Below are positions 12,215 to 25,317 of a stretch of DNA of 64,000 nt, one piece after another. The notes under the pieces are model-generated. The model had not been told where the DNA came from and ran no database searches. It saw only the letters and a list, made by a program, of their open reading frames with translations. Position numbers and translations under genes: made by a program. The first letter of the stretch is position 1; each line of letters starts with the position of its first letter. The DNA is from Dimorphilus gyrociliatus (lineage: Eukaryota > Animalia > Annelida): positions 186,001 through 250,000 of the forward strand of contig CAJFCJ010000028.1 of assembly GCA_904063045.1 (NCBI GenBank). The letters are read 5' to 3'.

Positions 12215-15200
12215 CTAGCAAATGGTTGTCTTTAAATTGTCTTTCTGTATAAGAGGAACTTTTGGAGGAGTAGAATTCTCCTGGTAATATTTATGTTCTG
12301 AGCCGAGTGCCTTGGCTATATCCCCCCATCGATATGTATCATTTTTTAAATTTTTATAGTCGTGTAAAGAACCTCTTTTACCAGTTCTCCTAAATAATAC
12401 TACCAACGAGGCTGCAGCACCGAAACTGGGAAGCAAGAGCAGTAGAACAACTCCAACAGCTGCCCAATAAGCGTTAAACGCGTGAATAGTATTTGTACAA
12501 GCAAAGTTTACAAATTGATCTAACGACGTGTACAGCAGCTTGCATTTCCCCATATCTTTAAATATAAAATTCTTCATTGGATCTAAATAGATCTTATAGT
12601 ATTTATAGATAGCAACCATCTTATTCATTGTAAAGCTACCGATTTCCATTTTATAGTCCTTTTGAATATATGCTTTTTTCAGCGCTAGATTCTTGTATAA
12701 TTCTTGCGAAAGTTTTGTCACATTTAGAAAATCTTCCTTTAAGGAGCTTATATTATTATAAATATCGTTCAAACCATTTATCAACTGTGGAAATTGCCTT
12801 CTATGTAACTTTTTTAATGTGTCAGTTACTTGACCATCTGGATTTAATACGCCATAGATTTTCTTTAAAGCTATTTGGTCCTGATCCAATTTAATTTTTA
12901 TCTCTTCGTAACCATTTAATTGTAGGTTTGTTTGTAGGAAATCTCCATTTCCTAGATCCTTTATAATATTATCAAGTTCTAAAGGTAAAGTTTTATAATT
13001 TTCAATAATGGGAGAAGTAGCATTTTCAATCTTGTCGAATATTTTTGCTGCCATATCTACACGATTCTTTACATTTAAATATTGTTCCAAATGGAATTGT
13101 GATTCCAACTGCATAGCCGTATATATACCAGAATTATTTTTACAATACTTTATTGCTTCAATTATAGAAGTATTACTGAATGAAGTACCATTTAAAAATC
13201 TAGCGTTGACTGTTGCGTCTAACACTCTTCCTAAAGGTGTTCCTTCAATATCAGCTAATGATGGTTGTGTAAACCTACATACTTCTGTGTAGGCTACACC
13301 TCCGAATAAGAATATGGCCGTTATAACTATCATGAACGTGCTAAATAGCACGATACCCAAGCCAACAGCCAAGACCAAACATGAACTGGCCGCTTCGGCA
13401 TCGCAACTTTGTTTTTCTCCGACCTCACCGGGACCTCTTACCCAAGCGAGAATAGTAGCAATTACGAATATAGCATAGACTGTTAGAAGTAATAAGCATA
13501 TTCCGATATAAGTTCCCAATCTAAGATATTCATAATTTTGAAACGATTCAGTCCAAGGAGGTGTGGAAAGAGCAACAATAGTTCTATTCAAAGGTAATTT
13601 TTGCAGACGACTAATAATAGCATCTATGGAATCTATCTTCGCTTGACCAGACTTTGTCTCATTAATGATCGTTTCGATAGTCGAATAGATAGATCGTCTA
13701 ACAACTTCTTGTTGTTCCAGCAAAAATTCTTGGGCTCTCTCCAAGGCCGAATCAAATTCAATCCTTATATCATTCTTATCAATATAACTCGAAATATTAT
13801 TCGAATATTTCCTTAGTGTTTCATCTACTCTAAGTTGTAACTCGTCCAGCAGCTGAAATACAAAACAGTGGGAAAATGTAAAAAAAAAAGACTATGAATA
13901 ATTTAGTACTTATTAATCTATTACGATAATACAACACCTATAACGCCCTTCAAATAAGTTAATGACTTTTAAGGGATCATTGACAGTCTAATACTTTTGA
14001 AATTAGTTTCTGGACATATATACGCATCAAGAAATCATAATATACTTTCAACCTAAACACGCCTATTGAGCGAAAGAATGATCTGTAGGCAATTGTCCAA
14101 CTAGGTCAAAAATACTTCAGATTATTCACCTTTCTCGTTTTATATCTAACTAATTATAGGAATACAGGATACTTTCATATCGTTATATACATATTTCGAA
14201 GACCATTCACCGGAAGTTGATAACATAAAGAAATATTTCTTGGTTAATAATATTATCATACTAACTGCTATTAGTAATATATATCTATATATATATACAT
14301 ATATGAATATTCATATGTCCTAGTCTCGTTTGACTAACCTTCAAACATACGATGTATACTTGCCTATCCTATATGGCCTGACACTGGTACAATAGAATTA
14401 TTGTCCATTGACAACGCCTCTCTACATTACCTCGTTATGTAATAATATTTAGCAAACAAATAGCATATTACAAACCTCTAGTTTTGAAATATTTTTCAAC
14501 TGTTCCCTCAGATCCGGTCTAATTCTGTCAAATTCTTGATTAATATGATTACTAATTCTTAGAAAAGATAAACAATTGGCTTCGACAATGTCAATTTTCT
14601 TCCAAAGATTATTACTTATAGTCTTTAATAGAAGTGATTGGTTTAGAAAATTTTCACTTTCAGTTTTTTCATTGTAGAATTCAACAGATGCTACTGGAAT
14701 ATTCTCGAGTGCTTCCAGAACAACGCTAGATGTATTGATTGCCATATCTTTTAGTTTTAATAAATCGACAATGACACCGTCTCTATATGTTGCCATTTTT
14801 TCAACGCTAGACACAGAATGTGAAAGTAGACCACCAGATTTGGCTGGTGATAAATGTGTCGATAGTATACTATTGGATGTAAAAGCCAAGACCAAAGATA
14901 TGACTGCAATACTGACCAGCACAAATAGGAAACTGGTACAACAAATTCTTTTTGACTTGTCTCTGGATCTTTCTCGAGGGTTATTATCTCTACCGCACCT
15001 ACCGCTCATTCTACAACAGCATACAATGATAGAAATTACGGGAACTATAATAGTTAGAAAAATGCAAAATCCAGCCAAGCAAACAAAGCCAATGAGATAA
15101 TCAACAATTGCTGACCATGTTAGACCATCAGACTGATTTGACGGAACCAAACCCAGTCTTTCATAATAATCAGTGATTATTTTTCTATGTATAAATACCA

Positions 15201-15369
15201 AAAATTTAGTTGTACCATTAAATAGATGTTGAACTCCTCTTTCCAATAAATTCAAGTTTCTATCAATTTTTTCATCTATTTCTGTTGAGTTTAAATTTTC
15301 CGTAGCAAATGTGAAATGACTAATGGTTATTAGTACCAATAGTATAAGAATGAGTAAAGTTTTACACAT
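12215..15369 (-). CDS. PROM1: Prominin (pentaspan membrane glycoprotein), 843 aa, only 2 exons (15369-14476, 13852-12215)
   Basis: Signal peptide; TM1 followed by Cys-rich CCCRMSGRCG; TM pairs; CRF..(EVC), AIKYCKNNSGIYTAMQL, GKCKLLY..C..TIHAFNAYW typical of prominins. Phase-0 623-bp intron 13853-14475 joins both ORFs in frame. PROM1 versus PROM2 orthology cannot be resolved. Confidence 0.88.
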
Positions 15370-16198
15370 TTTATCTTCTGTTGAACTTAGTAAAAATATA
15401 ATTCTTTCAACTATTACAAATAAAGTAGCATAGTAAAAATCTTCTATTATCTGTTATGAGCAACTTATTAGATTATTATGTTGAGTAAATTGAAGAATCG
15501 TAGAATAAGAGAATAGTCGGCTGTATTTGTGATTATGTAGTACAAAGATCCTGATAGGTCGCCGCGAGTGGCGTTATCGTCACATGATCACCCCAGCCTT
15601 TCAACCAATCAGAGGTCTCTGTTTCTATGCTTTTTTACAATTTTGAAAGTGTTCATGAATAGTAATTTCCTACTATCAGCCAATCAAAACCTTCTTCGTT
15701 TTTTTTTTCACTTTGAATCATCTCCAAATATTATGATTTTTTTTAAAAGAGGGTATTTCTAACATAAACATTAACTTTGGTCCTATGTCGAGTCACTTCA
15801 TAAACACCCGGCTATGACAACTAAATATTTATCATAATAAACCGTTCCCTGATATGAAGTTCGAAAAGAGCCATAATGTGATTAAGCATCTAAAAATTAT
15901 GGAACTAATAGCAAAAGTTTATTATATGCTAACTCCTCTGAGATATACCTTCAATTGAACTTGAAGTATATTCATTTTACGAAAACTCTATGCATAAAGA
16001 TATGTTACGAGATCAAATACAATCCTTTCAACTGAAAAAAGATGTCTTATGAATATGCATCATGTGCGGTAACGGAAGTTGATTTCAACATCGTCTGCTA
16101 TAAATTTCTTGTAGTGAGGTTTTATTTCCGTTTGAAAGATTTTGATAAAGGACCAATAAATAAACACTTAAACATTAACTCTCTTTAATCGCTTCAAA

Positions 16199-19100
16199 AT
16201 GTATGATCTAAACACAATTAAATTTCGAGTGAGTCCTAGAGCTTTGTCAGGAACTCTTCACGTAAATAACAAGGGAGCCTGCGATTGGTAAGCTTACCTC
16301 TTTTTAAGCAAAACTTTAAACTCGCAATATTTGTAATTTACTATTTTTATGAAAAAAATTAAATACCTTAAACGACATCTCAATTAAATAATTCCCTTGC
16401 AAAGTAAGGTTGTATGTACACTCAGCAGAGTTAAATTGACATATCCAGCTTCTGTTTAAAGAGTAAATTGAACGATCTAAACAAAACATTTCGCAATATT
16501 ATGTTTTTAAAAAAATTATTTTAAGGGGTCATCAAGGATTTATTGCATATGGATGCCAAAACTTGGTTGTTATTGTTGATCCCAATACGATGCAAGTCGT
16601 TCAAACTCTTGATAAACACAAAGGTTATGTTCAAAACGTCAAATGGGCAAGAGAAAATTTTCACCATGATACAACAAACCCGTACACACTACGATTAGCA
16701 TGTTCCGATTACAATGGAAAAATATACATTTGGGAGGTTATGAAATCTATACTTCGCTCAGAATTCTCAGAAAATTCGAAACCGATTGAAGGTAAATTTA
16801 TTCGTTTCTCTTAAATAAAACTATAATCCATATGTTTAATCAGATATGGAGTGGCTTGGAGAGCAAGACGCTTCTCAAGATTTGTTGTTAGTTCTTCATC
16901 CTCCAGCTCATCTAATTCTTTGGAACGCGGAATCAGGAACAAAATTGTGGAAAAAAACATACGGGGAAACACTATATAAATTTGTTATTGACCCCTTTAA
17001 TAGCTGTAACATAGCATGTTAGTTTTCTACATGCATTTCTAGTGGCATATTTCTTCAATAACAATCATTTTTAAATATTTCAGTCAAAGGAGAAAATTGT
17101 ATAATATTCGTCGATAACTTCTCTATTGGTAAAGCTCCTTCAAGTTCAGGCAGGAAATTTTTTGTCTCTAATACTCAAGGTTAGTTCTAAATTGTTGATT
17201 TTGATGAATTTAAAGAAAAGACGTATTTTTCTCAGGAAACGCTAAGGAATCTGATAAGAATGAGAAGAAACAACCAAGAAGCTCAAGTTTAACAAGTAGA
17301 CTAAGTCATATTTTAGTTGGTGATGGAAATGCGAAACGGTTTAAATCTTTACCTTTAATTTCTTTTATTTTTATTTATATGCGAATATTGCTCTCTCTTC
17401 AGAGACGAGGAAGAACCGCAGGACACTATGGAGTGTTTACAATTAGCTTATCACAAATCTCTAAGGAATCATCTACTTCTGATATATCCCAAAGAAATTT
17501 TGATATTAGACCTAGATATTAACCAAACTGTTGGAATCATTCAGGCTGAGAGAACAAACTCAAACTTTGGTTTAGTAAGTAATATTAAGAAGAAACTGGT
17601 AATTTATTCCACGTGTAATTGTTTTTTATTTATCTTTTAGGTAATGCCACTCAGGCTTAGAGATGCCATGTTTTGTCTGCACGAGAATGCTAGCGTAACA
17701 CTAAGACAAAGGCGATTAACTGATGTTACAGAAAACGATAGGGAGATGGGCGTATATGGTACACCTGGTAATTTATTGAATTTTTCATATAGGCAAAATA
17801 TCAATATATATATATATATATATATATATAGTATATGTATATATATATATAGATATGTATATTTTATAACCTTAATTCATCAGCGTGTATGTCTGTATAG
17901 ATATACTATAAACTGATATCTGGAATAGCGTTTATTCCTGCCATTACTCCAAAACCAATTATTGTTACAATTAAATGACTTAAAGGAGAGTTATAAGTTA
18001 GACTTCCTTGTAGAATTTCGAAAAATGTTACATAGATAAATATACCAGATGCCAATCCTTGAAGTATTCCGTTAATCAAATCAATTGTATATTGATGTCC
18101 ATTAACAGACGTAACTGCAGTTCCAATAGCTATACCTATTGCTGAATCTACTGCATAGAAAACTCCAAACATAATATATTTCTGTAAATTTTTTGAGAAT
18201 GATCTGTAGAGATTCACTCCCAAGCAAAAAGCCACAACTACTTCATGAATACAAATTGCTCCAGTTAATATCCAAACTTCTCTATGACTTCTTTTAAGTC
18301 CAACTGACATTCCTTCAAATATAACATGTAGAGAGAGAGCCACTTGAAAGAAAATTGACCTAAATTGAAGATTTGACAGACTGCTGTTTTCATTTTTACT
18401 GGTTGTAGTATGTTCATCAACTGCTTTTTCATCCTTTTGAGATTCATTTGGAGTATTTAAATCTTGTTGAATTTCATCTGCTGAATCTAATCTGCTTTGT
18501 GTACTGACTACAGCATACTCTATAAAAAGAACCATAAAAAATCCCAATCCTGTTATTAACTCTGGAATAGGATAGGTCATGTTATATGGAATCAACATGG
18601 ATTGCTCTAATAGTTGTCTAACTTCCGGTGCCATATGTAAAAGATAAATTCCAAGGAATATGCCTCCACCAAAGCATTTCATTAAGCAAATAGCTTTTGT
18701 GCCACGATCTCCCAATTGCTTGAAATACTGAAATATTTTAATGGGTAGATGAACAAAAACTATCTGAATTAGACAAATTAATATCAGAGCCATAATTTTC
18801 GAGTACCAGAGCTCCATCCTACACTCTCCGAAGATCCGTCACTGCTAGAAATAGAATCACTGGGGCTAATGGCCTATGAAATTTTACCAATTAATACGTT
18901 TTCAAGTATTTTCAATTGAGTAGTTATAAAACTGAATTGTCTCCCTTGTGTAAATACCTCAAAATGTCTACAAATAATTCTTTTGTCTCTCATATTAAAA
19001 AATAATTTGGTTAAAAATTTTCTGCGAATTGAAAAATGGCTATATAAGCTTATTTCGATTATTCCAGAAAAACCCATCTTTATAAACATTTATAGACACT

Positions 19101-22100
19101 AGGTGGCGCGATTTATCCATTCGAATTATTTTCTTAAATTATATAATTTAAATAAAAAACCTTTTATCTTTCAGTGTCAGATGTGGCAGAAAGTATATCA
19201 GTTAATAATAATCAAATTGACTTGATGTACGAAGTTAGAGCAACATCAGATTCTTTCCGAGTGACCAAGAATGCAAGAATATACGCCATATCGTCGTGTC
19301 CACTAACCGAAAAGAGGATATGTTTAATTGTTAGCGATGGTCGAATTTTGATATGGCAATTGCATACAGTAGATGATATAGATGAGAAATTCTCACCGAA
19401 ATTTTCTCTAAGCGACATAATTAAGCCAGAATATACTGACCAAGATAATAAACGACTCAAGTTTATTATGACTGGTATGATGAATGGCTTGGGTAATAAT
19501 TTGACAATCAAGATGTGTCCCCCATTAACAACTAAGAATTTGCAAGACTATCTTCCTCTATTGGCAGTGGGAAATGGTTATGGTAATGTTCAAATATACG
19601 ATCTATCTAACGGATCGCTCAAAAGAGAATTTAGCGTTCATTCGTGCCAAGTAAGAGGTATTGAATGGTTGGGCTTGAAAAAGTTTATATCGTTTGCTTA
19701 TCCAAGTTTGGGATACAATGGACAAGTGAGAAATGAAATAGTTATTTGTGATATATCGAGTGGGAGGAGTCATTTCTTTCGTCCAAATCGGGATGAAGAA
19801 GCGCCCATTGAAGGACTGAGAGTGTCCCACTTCAAGTAGTCTATTTCTATATTTAGCTAAATCAATTTTCACTGAAATCTCAATTTCTAATAGGCAATAT
19901 GTTACCATACTATTCAAAGAGAGACCTTTTGAGTTATGGGACTTGAAAACAGAAACGTTATTAAGGCAAATGCCCTCCTCCTTCCCAAAACTTTTTGCGG
20001 TGGTACGTTAAATTTTAGCACTACTATTATAAAATGCTTTGATAATGCGTTCATTATCTTGTAGGAATGGTCTCCTAATCCCGCTAGTAGGCTTAAGAAA
20101 AAGCATCCTTTGGAAGTAGAGCCAACAGGTGAACCTAGCATGTCAGACAGTGTCACCTCGATAAAGTAAACAATTAATTATTGTAGAAATAATATTTTTC
20201 TTTTGTATAGCTTTCCCCTATCTATTGTAGGTCCTCTGATGCAGAAATTTGTTCAAAGGAATGCCTGTTCCTTTCCGATACTGAAGGAGGTGTTTACCAA
20301 CTAATAATTGAGGGGAACATATTAAAAGAAGGACCAAAAATTGCTCTCGATGTAAATACAATATTTATAAAATTAGACCTATGTACAATTTTAATACTAT
20401 GCTATTCCTCATAAAAACTTAACAGAATTCTGTGAATGCCATTACAAGTATAGCTCGAAAAGGAGATATAATGCTTTTAGGTGATACCGAAGGAAATTTA
20501 TGTGTCACAGATTTGAAAAATCGAGTAAATAGGTTAGCTACTTTTGCATTTGTTTCCAATATCTAAAATTATTCATTTTTCACCCTATCTAAATGTTTTC
20601 TTTATATTTCCTATTTGTAGAGTTTGTCCCACAAATAAAAACTGGGTTAAGAAAACAAAATTTGGACCTGGAAAGGGTAACATGAAATTCTTATCACTAT
20701 TTAATGACTCGGTTGACATTCGAGACGCTGGACCTTTGTCTAAAGTTTGAATATACTAAAAATTATATACATAATTAATTAAGCTATTGTTTTGATAGTT
20801 GGATCCTATTAGTGTCCTAAAATGCCCAAAGGACGTTTCAAAAATAACGGACGTTGATTGGGCTGCATCTGATAGACCGGTAATAGTTTGTCAGGACGGA
20901 ACTATTAAAATTTTCGACATGAACTTGAAAACATGCTCCAGTTCTTTCGATGAGTTCATATTAGCAGGTAATATTTGATATTATATAGGTCTTTTAAAAA
21001 TATAAGAGTGAATAAAAAACAAGGCTTATTAATATTCCAAAATATTTTCTTTTATAGAACCAATATTTAGTCCTTATATTATATCGCCGAAGCATTCTCT
21101 TGCTGCTAAAAGCTTGTTACAGCATCAATCCTGGAGAGAAGAGTACTCTTTCAATCTTGAATGCGAAACGGAAATTCAACCTTCGGTGCTCGAGGCTCTC
21201 AAGGCTATTGATGAGTAATTAATTGTTTATTAAGCTCAAAAAGGTTACAAATTATATTATTACAAAATAATTATTTTCTATTTTTAGCGACATAAAATCA
21301 TATATGATTAATTGCAAATTTGGTATTGCCGAACGAGCCTTAATAACTTCAACGTTTGTGTTAATTCATTAAATGATTGCTTGTCTTCGTTATAAACTAA
21401 ACATTTATTCATAATTTAGATTATTTGGTGATGAGTTTGACTTTGCTTTTTGGACTGTTGCACTTCATTACCTTAGACGATCGGTTATCTTTGAAAAGCA
21501 AAAAACCGAATCCCCTCCGAATGATCCAGAAGATAAAGATCTTTTCGTACCGACGCCGAGTCGTGTAGTACAGACTACTGATCTTTTAAAATTAGAAGAT
21601 GACAATCAGGGATCTATTCTAGTAGATGAAATCGCCGATGAAAGTCTCGAATCCTCTTTTGATATTTTAGCCGATCGACTCACTTTTAAGGTTGGTTGCA
21701 TAAATATTTTCATTTCAGATAAACAGAATGTTCTCTTTTTCGCCCCAACAGAAAAGAGAGCTAGCAAGAGCATTTTTACACGATCAAAAACGGACAACTG
21801 CTGACCACACTAGAACATGCGCCGAAAGTTTGCTATTGTTGGGCCAAGCTGAGAGAGCTGTTCAATTATTCCTTGAAACTGATGCTGGAGATGACAATTA
21901 CTATGTAGATTGTTTAAGGTATACTATCTTTATAATTGATAAGCAAATAGAGTTATTTTTTTTTCCGTACCCCAGGGCTTGTTTAGTAGCCAGTATCAGA
22001 TCGTCTGGTGCCTCTCAAAGTACTATAAAATTAGTAGCTACCAGTTTGATAGCCAATGGAAAATTAATTGGTTTGTAAAAGTCAAATTATATTTTGTAGT

Positions 22101-22753
22101 TGAGAAAAGCCATAACTGTCATATAAAAAAAACAGAGGGAGTTCAACTTCTCTGCTTAATTGAAAAGGGTGTAGACGCTTGCAGATATTTACAAACATAC
22201 GGACAATGGTATAAAGCCGCTTGGCTAGCTAAAGTAGGTTTTACTTTCGTTTTATTATTTAAAAAAAAAACAATAAGATTTAATCTAAATGACTTTCTAG
22301 TCTACTCTGAGCGATTCAGAATGTGATGACGTAATTAAAAGATGGACAGAGCATTTATCATCAAATACAATTAATGAGAAGGTAAAGAATTTCTTAAATA
22401 AAAAGCATCTGCCACTTAATTACTGAAAGGAATGTTAATTTTTATCTTAAATAGACCAGAGGTCTCCTGTTAATGCTATCCTTAGGCAACTTTCAAGCGG
22501 TTCTGGAATCGTTAATGACACTTCGGTATTTTGATACTGCGGCAACGTTTATTGAAGCGTGCCGACAATTTGGATTTTTGACTAGTTCATCTCGTAAGAA
22601 TAATTGTTTATTATTATTCTTTTTTATTCTACAAGTTTGTTACTGTCACTTGCAGCTCTTATTACAAAAGCATTTGAAGAATACAGTAGACAACTCTATT
22701 TGTTAGGACTAAAGGCAGCTTCGAAGCATTACTCTAAAGAAGAGATAAATTGA
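16199..22753 (+). CDS. WDR11: WD repeat-containing protein 11, multi-exon
   Basis: Spliced N-terminus MYDLNTIKFRVSPRALSGTLHVNNKGACDW|GHQGFIAYGCQNLVVIVD..KWARENFHH matches recalled WDR11. Later DVDWAASDRP, FDFAFWTVALHY, AESLLLLGQAERAVQLFLET, DACRYLQTYGQW; ends LGLKAASKHYSKEEIN*. Many exon junctions were checked as GT-AG and in frame. Confidence 0.95.
17804..17860. repeat. (TA)n microsatellite in the WDR11 intron / ZIP 3' UTR
   Basis: Pure TA run 17804-17830, then interrupted TA. Confidence 0.9.
17906..18817 (-). CDS. ZIP subfamily II zinc/metal transporter (SLC39A3/ZIP3-like), intronless, nested antisense in WDR11 intron 17768-19174
   Basis: 303-aa ORF with about 8 hydrophobic segments; CFGGGIFLGIYLLHMAPE; TM4 ALSLHVIFEGMSVG; TM5 ICIHEVVVAFCLG (HE as in ZIP3, not HK as in ZIP1/2); LQGLASGIFIYVTFFEIL. 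The TM3-TM4 loop lacks the usual His-rich stretch. Confidence 0.92.
   Translation of the reverse strand: MELWYSKIMALILICLIQIVFVHLPIKIFQYFKQLGDRGTKAICLMKCFGGGIFLGIYLLHMAPEVRQLLEQSMLIPYNMTYPIPELITGLGFFMVLFIEYAVVSTQSRLDSADEIQQDLNTPNESQKDEKAVDEHTTTSKNENSSLSNLQFRSIFFQVALSLHVIFEGMSVGLKRSHREVWILTGAICIHEVVVAFCLGVNLYRSFSKNLQKYIMFGVFYAVDSAIGIAIGTAVTSVNGHQYTIDLINGILQGLASGIFIYVTFFEILQGSLTYNSPLSHLIVTIIGFGVMAGINAIPDISL
19096..19109 (+). promoter_or_regulatory. CTCF-type motif ACACTAGGTGGCGC
   Basis: 13/14 match to CCACTAGGTGGCGC; a GC-rich island in an AT-rich intron, upstream of the nested ZIP gene. Confidence 0.65.
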
Positions 22754-23295
22754 TAAAATGATTGTTATTTTTTAATTATTATATAAACTGAACATTTTAA
22801 TTGATAATCTTAAATGATTCTGCAGTCCTGAATATATATTTATATATTTGTAGCTTATTACTATATTAGATGATTCATCACTCATAATTTTTTTATCACT
22901 TGTTCTTGTTTCCTTATTTCCACAAGCAGAATGTGTTCCGTTGTTCATTCCAACTAAGAGTTAAGTTATGAAATAATTTCATAAGGAAAAGTGCATGACA
23001 ACTCTATATATTTATTATCAAGATTACTGTTAATATATTATATGTTCAAATATTTTTAGAATAAATATTTCTTATTGCGATAATGTACACTTGGTGAAAC
23101 AGATAACAATAAAACAATCTACTTCTGTTTAGTGGGACAGAAACTTCATGGACACCGTACTTAATTCGGTATCGTTTTTGTTTTTCATTTGAAAGAATTT
23201 ATCTGATTGGCTCTCAAGGTCATGCATATTAATTTATAAATATTAACGAGCACTTTCTAGCATTGCGATAAAGTTTCTATACAACAATTCTTTAT

Positions 23296-23306
23296 CCGCC
23301 ATTTTG
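23296..23306 (+). promoter_or_regulatory. YY1-type motif CCGCCATTTTG in the PPP4C leader
   Basis: Exact YY1 consensus about 60 bp upstream of the ATG. The same motif recurs at 34740, at 44484 (GGCCATTTTG) and at 56086 (CAAAATGGCG, overlapping the NDUFA13 ATG). Confidence 0.5.
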
Positions 23307-23362
23307 CATCGCTCTATATTTCGTAGTTAAATTTAAAAAACTCGTTTTGTCTTACGGTAAAT

Positions 23363-24868
23363 ATGACAACTAGTAATCTCGATCGAATAATTGAAGAATT
23401 AAGAAATTGTGAAGCTGTTAAGGAAAGTGACGTTAAATTACTTTGTTCAAAAGCCCGTGAAATTTTAGCAGAAGAAAGCAACGTGCAGCGCGTCGATTCA
23501 CCGGTAACAGTATGCGGTGATATTCACGGACAATTCTATGATTTAAAAGAACTATTTAAAGTGGGAGGAGATGTTCCAGACACAAACTATTTATTCCTTG
23601 GAGATTTTGTCGATAGAGGCTATTATTCAGTAGAAACATTTTTATTGTTACTGGCTTTAAAAGTTCGATATCCAGACCGAATTACACTAATTAGAGGGAA
23701 TCACGAAAGTCGTCAAATCACACAGGTATATGGTTTTTATGATGAATGTGTTAGAAAATATGGTTCGATCACTGTTTGGAGGTCAGTACCAGCTTTACTT
23801 TTCAAAACTTAAAAAGTTAGTTATTTGGCGCCATCTTTGTTTTCTTTCGCAATTCCAATAAAGAGTATTAGATAGTATACTCTATTTTTAACATTAATTT
23901 ATCGTCACAGTATGTTACACAATATCATTAGTCTACTTAATTATATGAAAAAAGAGTTTTATCAAATCCTGATAATGCTTAAACTAAATTCTATTTAATT
24001 TGTCTCTTGATGATAAAACGATTTATTTCCACAATTAGTTTATCATGCCAAGTATGCCATCCAATGATTAAATATCGCATGCAAAGGTTTTTAATCGCTA
24101 ACCTGTTGTTACGACTTTTTTTATTTTAGGCTTACATTATTCCTTCATAAGAATTTCATGAATAGTACAAATCAAAAAAATAGGTTTTATCAAAACAATT
24201 ATAATGCAAAAAACAGTTTTTTACGACTTGAATAATACACCTAAACAGTTGATTGAATAACAAAAGGCCAGCATAAGTTATTGATTAGCAATAAATGATT
24301 TACACATTTACATACTTGACTTTCTGCTAAGGAATTTCATGCTAACATATGTTTTATTATCAGGTACTGTACGGAGGTATTTGACTACCTTGCTCTGGCA
24401 GCTATAATAGATGGGAAAATATTTTGTGTGCACGGAGGATTATCACCTTCAATTCAAACAATCGATCAAATTCGCTTGCTCGACCGTAAAGTAGAAGTTC
24501 CACACGACGGACCCATGTGTGATTTACTCTGGTCTGACCCGGAAGATACTCAAGGGTGGGGAATGAGCCCCAGAGGAGCTGGTTACCTCTTCGGCTCAGA
24601 TATAGTTGAGCAATTCAACAAAGCAAATTCTATTCAAATGATATGCAGAGCTCACCAATTGGTGATGGAGGGTTATCGTTATCACTTCAATCAAGCTGTT
24701 TTAACGGTTTGGTCAGCCCCAAATTATTGTTATAGATGCGGAAATGTCGCAGCCATTTTGGACTTGGACGAAAATTTGAAACAAGATTTTAACATTTTTG
24801 AAGCTGCTCCCCAAGAACATCGAGGCCCCTTACCTGCTAAAAAACCACAACCAGATTACTTTTTGTAA
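23363..24868 (+). CDS. PPP4C: Ser/Thr protein phosphatase 4 catalytic subunit, 307 aa, 2 exons (23363-23781, 24364-24868)
   Basis: GDIHG, GDFVDRG and GNHE motifs; [15 protein letters not shown] and C-terminal KKPQPDYFL are PP4-type. The spliced length equals the expected 307 aa. Confidence 0.96.
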
Positions 24869-25317
24869 TCAATGCTAATCATTAAATAGGAAGTTTTGAA
24901 CAAACATTTTGGTTAAAGTTGTGTGATTTACAAATATTAAGTGATATTTGAGGTTACCTTCCGTATTCTGTATAATTTTTCTGTTTTATTTTCTGTTTTA
25001 TATAGACATTTATCTATAAGTTTTGTTGAATTTAAATAATTATACTTGAGGTATAAAATTTTGTACGAGAATTTATGCTTAGAGATGACAATTACACTTG
25101 GTTTTTACGTTCAGGAGTCATGTTGAAAGCTAGCTCCATAATGACTAAGATAAGCATTTCAAGGCTTATTCATTCATTTGAATTATATACCACTTAGAGA
25201 TCGTATCCGGTCAAATATCGCATGACACTTGCTATTTTTCTTTGAAAATACCTTAAGAAAGCAGTTTATTATGAGTTAATGCGCGTAAAAAAAATGCTTT
25301 TTATAAGAAAAGTAGCT

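Noticed and set aside
24008-24013. TGATGA box C in the 582-bp PPP4C intron
   Set aside because: No box D (CTGA) at a suitable distance downstream and no terminal stem.
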